Source of the DNA: Sulfuricurvum sp.
Lineage (GTDB): Bacteria; Campylobacterota; Campylobacteria; Campylobacterales; Sulfurimonadaceae
Length of the DNA stretch: 64,000 nt
Reading direction: 5' to 3'
NCBI GenBank assembly: GCA_028714915.1
Contig: JAQTLL010000005.1
Location: forward strand, 193,730-257,729
Part shown: piece after piece, positions 7,468-16,874 of the stretch
How positions within the stretch are numbered: position 1 is the first letter of the stretch
How the letters are laid out: each line of letters begins with the position of its first letter
Made by a program: the position numbers and the translations under genes
The notes under the pieces: model-generated
Seen by the model: only the letters and a program-made list of their open reading frames with translations
Databases searched by the model: none
Told to the model about the DNA's origin: nothing

Positions 7468-8436
7468 ATGCAACGCGAAAATATTACCTTTATTGTTGAA
7501 GAAGCGATGCGTTTGGATGTTTTTTTAACATTAATGCTCTCTCAAACACGCAACCAGATTGTTCAGCTTATTGAGCAAAATGCAATCGTTATAGACGGCA
7601 AACCAACGGCAAAGGCAGGGCTTAAACTTAAAGTTGGTCAAAGCGTAGCGGTCTATTTTCCGAAAATGAAATCAACCCCTGCTCATGTTATCGATTTTGA
7701 TGTAGAGGTTTTGTTCGAAGACGATGACATGATGGTCATCAATAAACCAAGCGGTCTCACTGTCCACCCAGCACCCAGCGTCAAAGAACCAACGCTTGTT
7801 GATTGGCTTAAAACCCGTGGAATCGCCCTCTCAACACTCAGTGGAGAAGAGCGTCATGGAATCGTTCACCGACTAGACCGAGGGACAAGCGGTGTGATGG
7901 TCATTGCCAAAAATAATGAGGCTCACGAAGCCCTTTCTCTCCAACTTCAAGACAAAACGATGGGGCGTTATTATCTCGCAGTTATCACCCCTCCTCTCAA
8001 AGAAGAAGAGACAACGATTGATAGACCAATCGGGAGAAGCTCACAAAACCGTCTAAAAATGGGAATTATCGAATCAGGCAAAAATGCCAAAACGATGTTC
8101 CGAAAATTGCTCCCTTCCCATGATGCTACGTGTGAGCTCATTGTCTGTAAACTCTTTACCGGACGAACTCATCAAATTCGCGTCCATCTTGAGTCCATCA
8201 GCCGTCATATCCTCGGTGATCACCTCTATGGAACGCACCAAAAAGACAACAAGGTGGAACATATTTTGCTCCACGCCTATATGCTTTATTTGGTTCATCC
8301 GACCAGTGGTGAACCGCTCTCATTCAAGGCTCCGATGGACCCAGTAATGGATGATTATTTAGAAAAACATTTTGAACCCAAGGAATTGCATGCAACGTTC
8401 ACTTCAATACGCTTTGAGCATCTCTTTAGCGCTTAG
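7468..8436 (+). CDS. rluD: RluD-type (RluA family) 23S rRNA pseudouridine synthase with S4 domain
   Basis: HRLDRGTSGVMVIAK catalytic Asp motif and GRTHQIRVHL. AAGGAG lies upstream of the ATG. Confidence 0.85.
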   Translation: MQRENITFIVEEAMRLDVFLTLMLSQTRNQIVQLIEQNAIVIDGKPTAKAGLKLKVGQSVAVYFPKMKSTPAHVIDFDVEVLFEDDDMMVINKPSGLTVHPAPSVKEPTLVDWLKTRGIALSTLSGEERHGIVHRLDRGTSGVMVIAKNNEAHEALSLQLQDKTMGRYYLAVITPPLKEEETTIDRPIGRSSQNRLKMGIIESGKNAKTMFRKLLPSHDATCELIVCKLFTGRTHQIRVHLESISRHILGDHLYGTHQKDNKVEHILLHAYMLYLVHPTSGEPLSFKAPMDPVMDDYLEKHFEPKELHATFTSIRFEHLFSA

Positions 8437-9643
8437 TCTTTTTAGCGGTTGTGCTCCCCAGCCAACACCTGAAAAAAAAATCAGCATTGACCCCTCGCTC
8501 CCTGTACCTTCCCTCAATGGGTCGTTATCGGATATTAATACCATTGCCTTTGAGTGGAAAGCTATTACTGATCCTAATGTTAGCGGCTATAATATTTACC
8601 GATCGTCTCCCGCTGAAAGTAATCAGACACTGAGTCGTATTGCCACAATTAACAGCCGATTTGCGACTCACTACGTCGATGAGAAATTAACCCCTAATAC
8701 TCAATATCTGTATCGTTTCACCTCCAGTGGAAAAGAATACATCGAATCTAACGGCAGCGAAATGATGACTGTTTCTACCTTGCCGATGATTGCTCCTGTC
8801 AGCTTTTTTCAATCCGTAGGTAATATGCCGCGCAGTGCAAAACTTCTCTGGCGTCCCCATCCAAATACCCGAATCAATGGCTATATTATTGATAGACTCA
8901 ATGTAAACGATCAAAAATGGGCTGAAATCAAAACCATTGAGGGACGTCTTAATGCAGAATACATTGACAGAGATCTAAAAGACGGTCAAGTCTATTATTA
9001 CCGTGTACGGGCTATTACGTTTGATAAGCTCTCTACTGAGCCAAGCGAAACAGCCAAACTGGTTACAAAACCTCTCCCTGCTGAAGTAAAAAATATCACA
9101 GCAACGACCAATCTACCCAAAGCCATTGCTCTGAAATGGGAAGCCAGTAAACTAGAAGATTTAAGCCACTACAACATTTATCGTTCTGCAAGCTCCAATG
9201 GTAACTATGAGTACCGCGTGAAACTCACCGAAACAACCTTTACAGATACCACTAAAGAAGACGGAGAACCGTTCTACTACAAAATCACCGCTGTAGATAA
9301 AGATGGATTGGAAAGCCCGATGGGGTCACTCATCACCCAAGGCATTAGCCTAGCAAAACCCCATGCTCCTATCGCATACGATGGCAAAGTCTATGCAAAT
9401 GGCGTTGATTTGCAATGGACGAATGACGATCCGCGTGTTATTAGCTATACGGTCATTAAAACAACTAAAATCAGCTGGATTAACCGTGAATCGGTTGAAA
9501 TTAACAATATCAAAGAGTTTAAATTTCACGACAGCAGTATTAAACCCAATACAGGTTACATTTATGAAGTCATGGGTGTAGACAAAGACGGTATCCGCTC
9601 TCTCCCGACACAGGGAATCGAACTTATATATGAGACTAAATAA
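8390..9643 (+). CDS. lipoprotein with four tandem fibronectin type III-like repeats
   Basis: Lipobox LSLFSGC. Four repeats of ~90-100 aa each carry W...(G/S/H)Y.I(Y/D/K)R/T and YYY(R/K)(V/I).A(I/V) type motifs: FEWKAI..VSGYNIYRS, LLWRPH..INGYIIDRL, LKWEAS..LSHYNIYRS, LQWTND..ISYTVIKT. ATG 8390 has AAGGA upstream. Confidence 0.6.
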   Translation: MQRSLQYALSISLALSLFSGCAPQPTPEKKISIDPSLPVPSLNGSLSDINTIAFEWKAITDPNVSGYNIYRSSPAESNQTLSRIATINSRFATHYVDEKLTPNTQYLYRFTSSGKEYIESNGSEMMTVSTLPMIAPVSFFQSVGNMPRSAKLLWRPHPNTRINGYIIDRLNVNDQKWAEIKTIEGRLNAEYIDRDLKDGQVYYYRVRAITFDKLSTEPSETAKLVTKPLPAEVKNITATTNLPKAIALKWEASKLEDLSHYNIYRSASSNGNYEYRVKLTETTFTDTTKEDGEPFYYKITAVDKDGLESPMGSLITQGISLAKPHAPIAYDGKVYANGVDLQWTNDDPRVISYTVIKTTKISWINRESVEINNIKEFKFHDSSIKPNTGYIYEVMGVDKDGIRSLPTQGIELIYETK

Positions 9644-9646
9644 ATT

Positions 9647-10822
9647 ATGCCTCATCTCCATTTAGACGCATTTCATACCGTACCCTTTCCGGCAGTCGAG
9701 GGGGATGTAACGTTTGATTTTAGTGCTACCTCTCGTGGAGAAGGGAAAGAATCTCTCGTTGCAACACACTACAAGGATCGTGAATTTTTTATTCTTCACA
9801 AAAAAAGCGGTGAAAAAAATCTTCTTAAAAGTGATAAAATCACCCGTCCTAGTCCAAATTTTCTTATCAAACATGCATTACTTGCGTATGCCAAGCATTC
9901 AGGAAGTACGATATTGGCTTCCAATGTCGATACAGCTGGTGAAAATGTCCACTTAAAACAGCATGATGCCCTGAAATCCGTTGATTTTTTTACTACTAAT
10001 TTTCCCTCTGGAGCTGAGATACGACTCGAAGTGGGATTTGGTTCAGCCCGTCATCTGCTCCATCAAGCCATTACGAATCCTGATGTTCTTTTTATCGGAT
10101 TGGAAATTCACAAACCCTCCATCGAACAAGCACTCAAACAAATCACAATTCAGAACTTAACTAATATCATGATTTTGGATTATGATGCACGACTTTTTTT
10201 AGAATTTGTCCCCTCAAACTCTTTGAGTCGAATATATGTCCATTTCCCCGTTCCATGGGATAAAAAATCTCATCGTCGTGTTATTGGAGATGCATTTGTG
10301 GACGAAGCGATTCGTGCATTAGCACCGCAAGGGAGACTCGAATTACGAACCGACAGTGAAAACTACTACCGCTTTGCACTTGAGACATATTCTCATCCAC
10401 CGTATGTCAGTTTTGAGGTACACAAAAATCGTGATATTGCCATCACGAGCAAATACGAAGACCGTTGGAAAAAGATGGAGAAGAACATCTATGATGTCAC
10501 CCTTATTAATGCGTTGCAAAGCCCTGAAAAAAGGCTTGAAGGGGACTTTGTTTTTTCTCAAATACCGATTAATGATGCTATACTTCCAAAAATAGAGCGT
10601 CAAACCTATCGCCGTGAATGGGGATTTTTAAACGCAGAAGCTAGTTTTGATATACACGACGGGGGATGGATGATTCGACTGGCAATGGGAAGTTTTGACC
10701 GCCCCGAACACCTTTATTTAATCGTTAAAGATGGAAAAGCTCGCTATTTTCCCACCTTACCCATCCGCTCAAGAACAAACCTAAAAGCCCATATCTTACT
10801 AGACGAGCTACTCCATGGATAA
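9647..10822 (+). CDS. trmB: tRNA (guanine46-N7)-methyltransferase TrmB with a ~130-aa N-terminal extension
   Basis: The C-terminal part has EVGFGSARHLL, FIGLEIH and VHFPVPWDKKSHRRV, which are TrmB motifs. Confidence 0.8.
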   Translation: MPHLHLDAFHTVPFPAVEGDVTFDFSATSRGEGKESLVATHYKDREFFILHKKSGEKNLLKSDKITRPSPNFLIKHALLAYAKHSGSTILASNVDTAGENVHLKQHDALKSVDFFTTNFPSGAEIRLEVGFGSARHLLHQAITNPDVLFIGLEIHKPSIEQALKQITIQNLTNIMILDYDARLFLEFVPSNSLSRIYVHFPVPWDKKSHRRVIGDAFVDEAIRALAPQGRLELRTDSENYYRFALETYSHPPYVSFEVHKNRDIAITSKYEDRWKKMEKNIYDVTLINALQSPEKRLEGDFVFSQIPINDAILPKIERQTYRREWGFLNAEASFDIHDGGWMIRLAMGSFDRPEHLYLIVKDGKARYFPTLPIRSRTNLKAHILLDELLHG

Positions 10823-11486
10823 AGTAATAGTTGCCGAAAACCTATCGCTCTCTTATAAAGAGTTTGAAACCATTATCTCCAAAGCTACTTTCAGCATCGA
10901 TGCCGGAAGCTTTGTCTTCATAACCGGGGCAAGCGGCAGCGGTAAATCAACGCTCCTTAAATCCTTTTATGGTGCCATTGAACCGCGACAGGGACAGCTT
11001 AGCGTCGGAGGGGTGAAAATGAACCATATTGGTACTTCTAAACTCAATTTTCTTCGTCGTCACATTGGTATCGTTTTCCAAGACTATAAACTTATCAAAG
11101 AGTGGACAATTGAAAAAAACGTAATGCTTCCCCTCATCATTTCAGGCTACACGAGTGATGTAAGCGGTGCTCAAGTACAAAAACTTTTAGCGCACGTAAA
11201 ACTGACACATCAAGCGGGAAAATATCCTCCTGAGCTCAGTGGTGGTGAACAACAACGGGTTGCCATGGCAAGAGCTCTTGCTCACAACCCTATTCTAATC
11301 CTTGCCGATGAGCCGACAGGTAATCTCGATGAATACTCTTCATCCGTCATCTGGAGCCTGCTTGAGGGAGCTAATACTCAGCTAAAAACAACCGTAGTTG
11401 TCGTCACCCACCATATTCCGGAAGGGTTAAAAGTCCCCTATAAACACTATCATATTGAGTTTGGAAACATCAATGAAATCTCTTAA
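10815..11486 (+). CDS. ftsE: cell division ABC ATPase FtsE
   Basis: Walker A GASGSGKST, signature LSGGEQQRVAMARA, Walker B ILILADEPT. Followed by an FtsX-like permease. Confidence 0.85.
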   Translation: MDKVIVAENLSLSYKEFETIISKATFSIDAGSFVFITGASGSGKSTLLKSFYGAIEPRQGQLSVGGVKMNHIGTSKLNFLRRHIGIVFQDYKLIKEWTIEKNVMLPLIISGYTSDVSGAQVQKLLAHVKLTHQAGKYPPELSGGEQQRVAMARALAHNPILILADEPTGNLDEYSSSVIWSLLEGANTQLKTTVVVVTHHIPEGLKVPYKHYHIEFGNINEIS

Positions 11487-12285
11487 AAATCATATTTCTC
11501 TCATCATCGCTCTTTTTACGGTTCTTGCATCGGTGCAAATTTATGTAGCCGTCGATCGCACTATTGCAGCCTACGAATCTCATCTCAAAAATGATTATTC
11601 TGTCATTGTTGTTGCCAATAAAGCTTTTACACCTCAAGAATTTAAAACTATGAGTTCTATGATTGAGCGAAGCGAACCTATCAGTACGGCTCAAGTATTA
11701 GAGCGCCTTAAAGGGGAGATGAGCGAAAAAAATCTTGCTCTCTTAAAGCTTACTTTACCGAAGTTTTATCGGATTTATCTAAACCGTTTTCCAACGCCTC
11801 ATGAAATCAATGGTCTCCAAAAAAAGCTCCAAAAAAACAGTTCTATTGAACGCGTAGAAGGATTCTCACAAACGCACGATACGGTCTATAAATTAATGCT
11901 GTTATTCAAAGATGTGGTTCAAGTTTTCTCTATTGCTATTGCTGCTGTTACCTCACTTCTTATCCTTAAAGAGATGCGTCTATGGCAGTTCCAACATGCT
12001 GAGAGAATGAATATCATGGCACTTTTTGGAGCACCGGTATGGCTTCGTTCTGCTGTGCTGTTTCGTCTTGCTATTGTTGATGCCATGATCGCCACATTGA
12101 TTTTGTGTTTTTCTTTTTTTATTATTGATTACTACGCTATTTTGACACTGCCGCTCAAAGAGATAGGGATAAGCGTACAGCTTTTTAATTTTATAAACGA
12201 TGCCCTGCGCTCACTGGCTATTTCACTTGGGATTTCAATAGTACTTACCTTTACCATCGTTATGTTCCATCGCGAAGAAGAATAA
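11473..12285 (+). CDS. ftsX: FtsX-like cell division permease
   Basis: One N-terminal TM, an extracytoplasmic loop and three C-terminal TMs, immediately after ftsE. ATG 11473 preferred. Confidence 0.7.
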   Translation: MKSLKNHISLIIALFTVLASVQIYVAVDRTIAAYESHLKNDYSVIVVANKAFTPQEFKTMSSMIERSEPISTAQVLERLKGEMSEKNLALLKLTLPKFYRIYLNRFPTPHEINGLQKKLQKNSSIERVEGFSQTHDTVYKLMLLFKDVVQVFSIAIAAVTSLLILKEMRLWQFQHAERMNIMALFGAPVWLRSAVLFRLAIVDAMIATLILCFSFFIIDYYAILTLPLKEIGISVQLFNFINDALRSLAISLGISIVLTFTIVMFHREEE

Positions 12286-13503
12286 ATGATTCAATTGCAT
12301 GCCTCTCTCGTTCTTGCCTCCTTTTTAGCCCTCTCACTCAATGGTGCTAAAATCGACGAACGAATCAAATCCACAGCGTCTCAGTTGAATGAGACAAAAC
12401 AAACATACTCCTCCCTTAACGCTAAGCTCGAAGCAACCGCCAGTAAGATTATGCAGCAACGCCAAGTAGTTGGAGCACAACAACAGCATATTAATACCCT
12501 TATAACTGAACTTCAAAGCAAAGAAAATGTCTATCAGTCCAACAAACAAAATCTTCACTCTCTTCAATCCCAACAAGACCTTTTGATCAAAACCCAAAAT
12601 AATATTGAGCAAAAACTTGTCTTTGCCATCGCCCGGAACACTTCCATATCCTTGCTTATCAATGATGATCGTGCCAAAGAAGCCAATAGTATTATTACCG
12701 AAGAGGCACTAAAGCTGCATCTCAAACAGATCAACCAAGAGATCAAAGAACTTAATTTTATTTTTGGTGAAAATGCTACCAAAATTGCTTCTCTTTCCAA
12801 TCAAACAACGGTACTGAAACACTCCATCGCTGTCATCGATAAACAAAAGCAAATTGTCATCGCAACCAAGCAAGAAAATGAAAAAGCAATTGCTCTGTTA
12901 GAAAAAGAAAAAAATGAGTACAAACGTTCTCTTGGTCACATCCTTAACCAACAACGTTCACTCCAAAATACCCTTGCAAGCCTTAACATCATCAAGCGTG
13001 AAGAGATGAGACCAAAAAAAGCTCCGCCTCCCCTTGTTACTCAAAAGCCGGGTTCAAAGCCTCTTCCGGAAGGAGCGAGGGAAGCCATTTCCCAATACCA
13101 ACCCTCTAATACAGCAGCTTATAGCGGTGAACGCACCATTTCCCCTCTTGACGGGTATGTCATCACCAAACGCTTTGGTCCCTATACTGATCCCGTTTAT
13201 GGGATAAAGATTTACAACGAATCTATTTCTCTGCGCCCTACCGATCCAGATGCAAAAGTAAAAGCAATCCTAAACGGCAAAGTTATCCTTGCCAAACCTA
13301 CCGCAATGCTTGAGAATGTTATTATTATCGAGCACGACAACGGACTTCATACTATTTATGCCCATCTTGATAAAATTGCCCCTACAGTGGTAGTAGGTCA
13401 ACGTCTCAAACAAGGCTCAATCATCGGTCGCGTGGGTCGTGAACTCATGTTCCAAGTAACCCAACGCAATGCCCACATTGATCCGTTACAGGTAATTAGG
13501 TAA
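12286..13503 (+). CDS. M23 (LytM) domain protein with long coiled coil, EnvC-like
   Basis: Signal peptide, a Q/K/E-rich coiled coil, and a C-terminal LytM-type domain (IIIEHDNGLHTIYAHLDK, GSIIGRVG). Its position after ftsEX fits EnvC. Confidence 0.8.
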   Translation: MIQLHASLVLASFLALSLNGAKIDERIKSTASQLNETKQTYSSLNAKLEATASKIMQQRQVVGAQQQHINTLITELQSKENVYQSNKQNLHSLQSQQDLLIKTQNNIEQKLVFAIARNTSISLLINDDRAKEANSIITEEALKLHLKQINQEIKELNFIFGENATKIASLSNQTTVLKHSIAVIDKQKQIVIATKQENEKAIALLEKEKNEYKRSLGHILNQQRSLQNTLASLNIIKREEMRPKKAPPPLVTQKPGSKPLPEGAREAISQYQPSNTAAYSGERTISPLDGYVITKRFGPYTDPVYGIKIYNESISLRPTDPDAKVKAILNGKVILAKPTAMLENVIIIEHDNGLHTIYAHLDKIAPTVVVGQRLKQGSIIGRVGRELMFQVTQRNAHIDPLQVIR

Positions 13504-13528
13504 ATCTGCCTAGAGGCAAACTTTAGCG
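13503..13528 (-). repeat. short copy of the hairpin + CAGATT intergenic element (family Z), probable flgH terminator
   Basis: AATCTGCC-TAGAGGC-AAACTTTAGCG matches the ends of the elements at 49012 and 51568, with an internal deletion between two TTAG motifs. It lies immediately downstream of the flgH stop. Confidence 0.45.
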
Positions 13529-13539
13529 TTCAAATACAA

Positions 13540-14256
13540 TCAAAACGGCCAAATTGCTTCGACCAGCTTGCTTCCCCAGCCTCGGTTGATGGAGCGGTCA
13601 ACATCTCCTTCATTGGCATAGAGTATTTTGGCATCCGAAACTTTTGCAGAGTTGATTTGATTATTTTGGTCAATGTCATAGGGGCGAATCACTCCGCTTA
13701 ACTGCATTATCTGCTTTTGGTCATCTACCATAATCTCACGTCGTCCTACGATAAAATAGTTCCCATTGGACATTACCTTGACAATACGAGCGGATACTGT
13801 TGTCGTAAAGGAGGCATCTTTGGTTGCAGCACCTGAACCGGCATAACTTGAGGTTGACCCTCCCGTAAATCCAATCTCACTCACTCCATTCACTCTGCCC
13901 AATGCAGAATTAACGGTGGAATTAGCACCGGCACCGGCAAATATGCCACCATTAAGCCCTAGCTTATCGGCTTCTGTAAGTGCTTTATTTGCCTTGCTTG
14001 AACTCGTCGCTTTTTCTAAAATAACAACGGTCACAATATCATTGACATGCATCGCTTTATGATCGGAAAAGAGGGGACTGTCCCCTTGTCCGAATAAACT
14101 TCCCTGTGCCGTAAAACTGCTCTCTTCCTCACGCGATGGCATCTCTTCAACGTATTTAGGAGGGGTAAAGGTGATTTCAGGTTCTGTTAGCTTTGCGGTA
14201 CATCCGCTAAGTAACAATGATGCAGCGAGCACCGAAAAATAGAGTGTTAGTCGCAT
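13540..14256 (-). CDS. flgH: flagellar L-ring lipoprotein FlgH
   Basis: Lipobox LLLSGC, SLF...LFSDHKA..VNDIVTV, and a C-terminal family pattern typical of FlgH. Confidence 0.85.
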   Translation of the reverse strand: MRLTLYFSVLAASLLLSGCTAKLTEPEITFTPPKYVEEMPSREEESSFTAQGSLFGQGDSPLFSDHKAMHVNDIVTVVILEKATSSSKANKALTEADKLGLNGGIFAGAGANSTVNSALGRVNGVSEIGFTGGSTSSYAGSGAATKDASFTTTVSARIVKVMSNGNYFIVGRREIMVDDQKQIMQLSGVIRPYDIDQNNQINSAKVSDAKILYANEGDVDRSINRGWGSKLVEAIWPF

Positions 14257-14313
14257 AGCCCATCCCGATGATTATTTAGCTATAATAAGCAAAAATAGTT
14301 CCAAAGGGTATCC

Positions 14314-14757
14314 ATGTCATTACGAGAACAAATAAACAATGATATTAAAACGGCAATGAAAGAAAAAAACAATTCTGTTCGTGACGCATTGCGCCTTCTA
14401 AGCAGTGCTATGAAACAAATCGAAGTAGATGAGCGCAAAGAACTAACAGACAATGATGTTATCAAAATTATTCAAAAACAGGTCAAACAGCGTTACGATG
14501 CTATGACCCAGTATAAAAATGCAGGACGTGAAGATTTGTATGACCAAGAGGCATCCGAAGCGGTCATTTTTGAAGCCTATCTACCTCAACAACTCAGTGA
14601 TGAAGAATTAGAGAGTGCACTACGTGCTATTATCACTGAAGTAGGTGCTGCTTCACTAAAAGAAATTGGGAAAGTCATGGGCGCCGCTTCCAAAACTCTT
14701 GGTTCAAAGGCCGATGGAAAACGGATTAATGAGTGTGCGAAAAAAATATTGAGCTAA
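14314..14757 (+). CDS. GatB/YqeY domain protein
   Basis: MSLREQINNDIKTAMKEKN..RDALRLL is the typical YqeY N-terminus. 147 aa. Confidence 0.85.
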   Translation: MSLREQINNDIKTAMKEKNNSVRDALRLLSSAMKQIEVDERKELTDNDVIKIIQKQVKQRYDAMTQYKNAGREDLYDQEASEAVIFEAYLPQQLSDEELESALRAIITEVGAASLKEIGKVMGAASKTLGSKADGKRINECAKKILS

Positions 14758-14763
14758 AAAATA

Positions 14764-16785
14764 TTAGCTTAGCTGATACGGTTTCCCAAGGTAATATCCT
14801 TGTGCATAATCGACTCCAAGCTCTTTGAGCACAGCTAAAGTCTCTTCATCTTCAACATATTCAGCAATCGTCTTTTTACCAAATTCTTGTGCGATTTGAT
14901 TAATATGTTTGACAAAAATACGATCTTTCTCGTTAACCACAATATTTTTCACAAATTCGCCATCAATTTTGACATAATTGGTATCAAAATATTTCAAATA
15001 TATAAACGATGAAAATCCGGAGCCAAAATCATCCAATGCAAATCCGATTCCCTTTTCTTTTGTCTCTTCAATAATAGTCATAAGGGCATTAACGTTATGA
15101 ATTGCTTCCCGCTCTAAAATTTCAATTACGACATTCGTTGCCTCTGTTACTACAGGATTTTGTGTACAATGTTCTTTAATTAATGAAATATAATCACCGG
15201 AAAAAAGGCTGTGACTTGAAAGATTAAAAAAGAATTTCTTATCCCACATCTTTAAATTTGCTCGTACTTCAAGTCCCTTAGCCAATATAATATGATCAAT
15301 TCTCGAAGCCATTCCAAGACTCTCAGCAATTTCTATAAATTGTCCTGCTGGCATATAGCGCTGACCGTCACGTATACGGGCAAGGACTTCGTATCCGTAA
15401 AGTTCATTGGTACGGATATTATAAATAGGTTGAAAAAAGGGCTCAATTCGATTTTCATCGATTGCACGACGGATAAATTCCCCTTTTTTCTGAATCTCCG
15501 CTGTAATTTCCTGATCACTTTGATCAGCACGGGCAATAGTATTTTTTCCCGCTTTTTTAGCTTTATACATCGCTATATCTGAACCGGTAAGAAGAGATTC
15601 AATATTATCTCCCTGCTCAGGATATTCAGTAATTCCGAAACTGGCGGTAAGCGATATTTGATCAATCATCAAGGAAATCGTAGCAGATTCCAACCGTGAA
15701 CGGAGCTTTTCAATTACAATATAACCACTTTCATAGGGTGTTTCGGGCAAGATGATAGCAAACTCATCACCTCCTAAACGAGCTAAAACATCAGCATTAC
15801 GAAGGTTTGATTTGAAAATTTGACTCACTTCCTTAAGCACCAAATCACCCGATGCATGACCGTATGTATCATTGATGTATTTAAAATTATCCAAATCAAT
15901 CATGATAACCGTAAACTTATGGTGATGACGCAATGAGCGGTCAATCTCATACGAGAGAAACTCTTCAAACTTTCGACGATTATAAAGCCCTGTAAGATAA
16001 TCACGATCAGAAAGTTCTTGAAGCTTTTCATAATAATCTTGAATTGAATCGAGCATTTTATTGAAATAGTTTTCAATATTTTTTACTTCAAAAATTTTTG
16101 TCTTTAGACTAACTCTCTTGGCAATATCATTTTTATTAATGATCTCTTGGATCAATAGAATAAATTGATTAATCGGTTGTACGAGTAAAGAGTTAAGTCT
16201 AAAATATAAAATAGCAAAGATGATAATCGTAAAGAAAACAAAAAAGATGATAAAGGAATTGACCATCGTTGTCAACGATATTTTTAAATTTGCCACAGGG
16301 AAACGGACATCAAGAACGCCGTTTATATCCCCTATTTTTGCATTGGTATGACAACTCAAACACTCTTGTTTGACAATAATTGGGTAAAGATATCGAATTT
16401 CTTCATCACCGGTAAGAATCTCTTTGCCAAGCATTGCTTGAGCAACCACAGGATCATGTTCACGTACTTGTTTATCTTGTTTCCAATCCCCAAACAGCTC
16501 TGCTACGATTGGACTCCGGTATGCATTGATCCGCATATTGGGCTCAACTTCATTAAGACGGAAAATAATCGCATCAAGTTCTTTCTTACTCCACCCTTTT
16601 TCCATTGCCGAATAAAGTGCTTCAAACGCCAAACGGCTTGTTTTACGGGCATCAACTCTCGCTAGATCATCAATAGCACGCTGTTTAATATAAATACCGT
16701 ATATAAATGCAATCGCCAAACTTGCCAATAATGATAGAATGACTGTTTTTGCAATCAAACGTTTATAGGTCGTATACGTTTTCAT
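14764..16785 (-). CDS. membrane-bound GGDEF-EAL protein with periplasmic CxxCH (heme c type) sensor domain
   Basis: Two TMs flank a ~140-aa loop containing CLSCH. GGDEF motif RLGGDEFAIIL. EAL domain with YEVLARI, DDFGSGFSS and KIDGEF. Confidence 0.9.
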   Translation of the reverse strand: MKTYTTYKRLIAKTVILSLLASLAIAFIYGIYIKQRAIDDLARVDARKTSRLAFEALYSAMEKGWSKKELDAIIFRLNEVEPNMRINAYRSPIVAELFGDWKQDKQVREHDPVVAQAMLGKEILTGDEEIRYLYPIIVKQECLSCHTNAKIGDINGVLDVRFPVANLKISLTTMVNSFIIFFVFFTIIIFAILYFRLNSLLVQPINQFILLIQEIINKNDIAKRVSLKTKIFEVKNIENYFNKMLDSIQDYYEKLQELSDRDYLTGLYNRRKFEEFLSYEIDRSLRHHHKFTVIMIDLDNFKYINDTYGHASGDLVLKEVSQIFKSNLRNADVLARLGGDEFAIILPETPYESGYIVIEKLRSRLESATISLMIDQISLTASFGITEYPEQGDNIESLLTGSDIAMYKAKKAGKNTIARADQSDQEITAEIQKKGEFIRRAIDENRIEPFFQPIYNIRTNELYGYEVLARIRDGQRYMPAGQFIEIAESLGMASRIDHIILAKGLEVRANLKMWDKKFFFNLSSHSLFSGDYISLIKEHCTQNPVVTEATNVVIEILEREAIHNVNALMTIIEETKEKGIGFALDDFGSGFSSFIYLKYFDTNYVKIDGEFVKNIVVNEKDRIFVKHINQIAQEFGKKTIAEYVEDEETLAVLKELGVDYAQGYYLGKPYQLS

Positions 16786-16787
16786 TA

Positions 16788-16817
16788 TTGACGCACCTTG
16801 ACGATGAAAGTCGTCAA
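16788..16817 (-). promoter_or_regulatory. leader hairpin with two alternative 3' arms overlapping the RBS of the GGDEF-EAL gene
   Basis: The mRNA strand reads TTGACGA-CTTTCA-TCGTCAA-GGTG-CGTCAA-TA-ATG. There is a perfect 7-bp stem (16817-16811 with 16804-16798) and a second possible partner CGTCAA (16793-16788). AAGGTG (16799-16794) is the likely RBS. Confidence 0.25.
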
Positions 16818-16874
16818 TTATACCTTTGAATTCTTAAAGCACTAATATGATTTTTTCTTTTTAGTGTACTGCTA

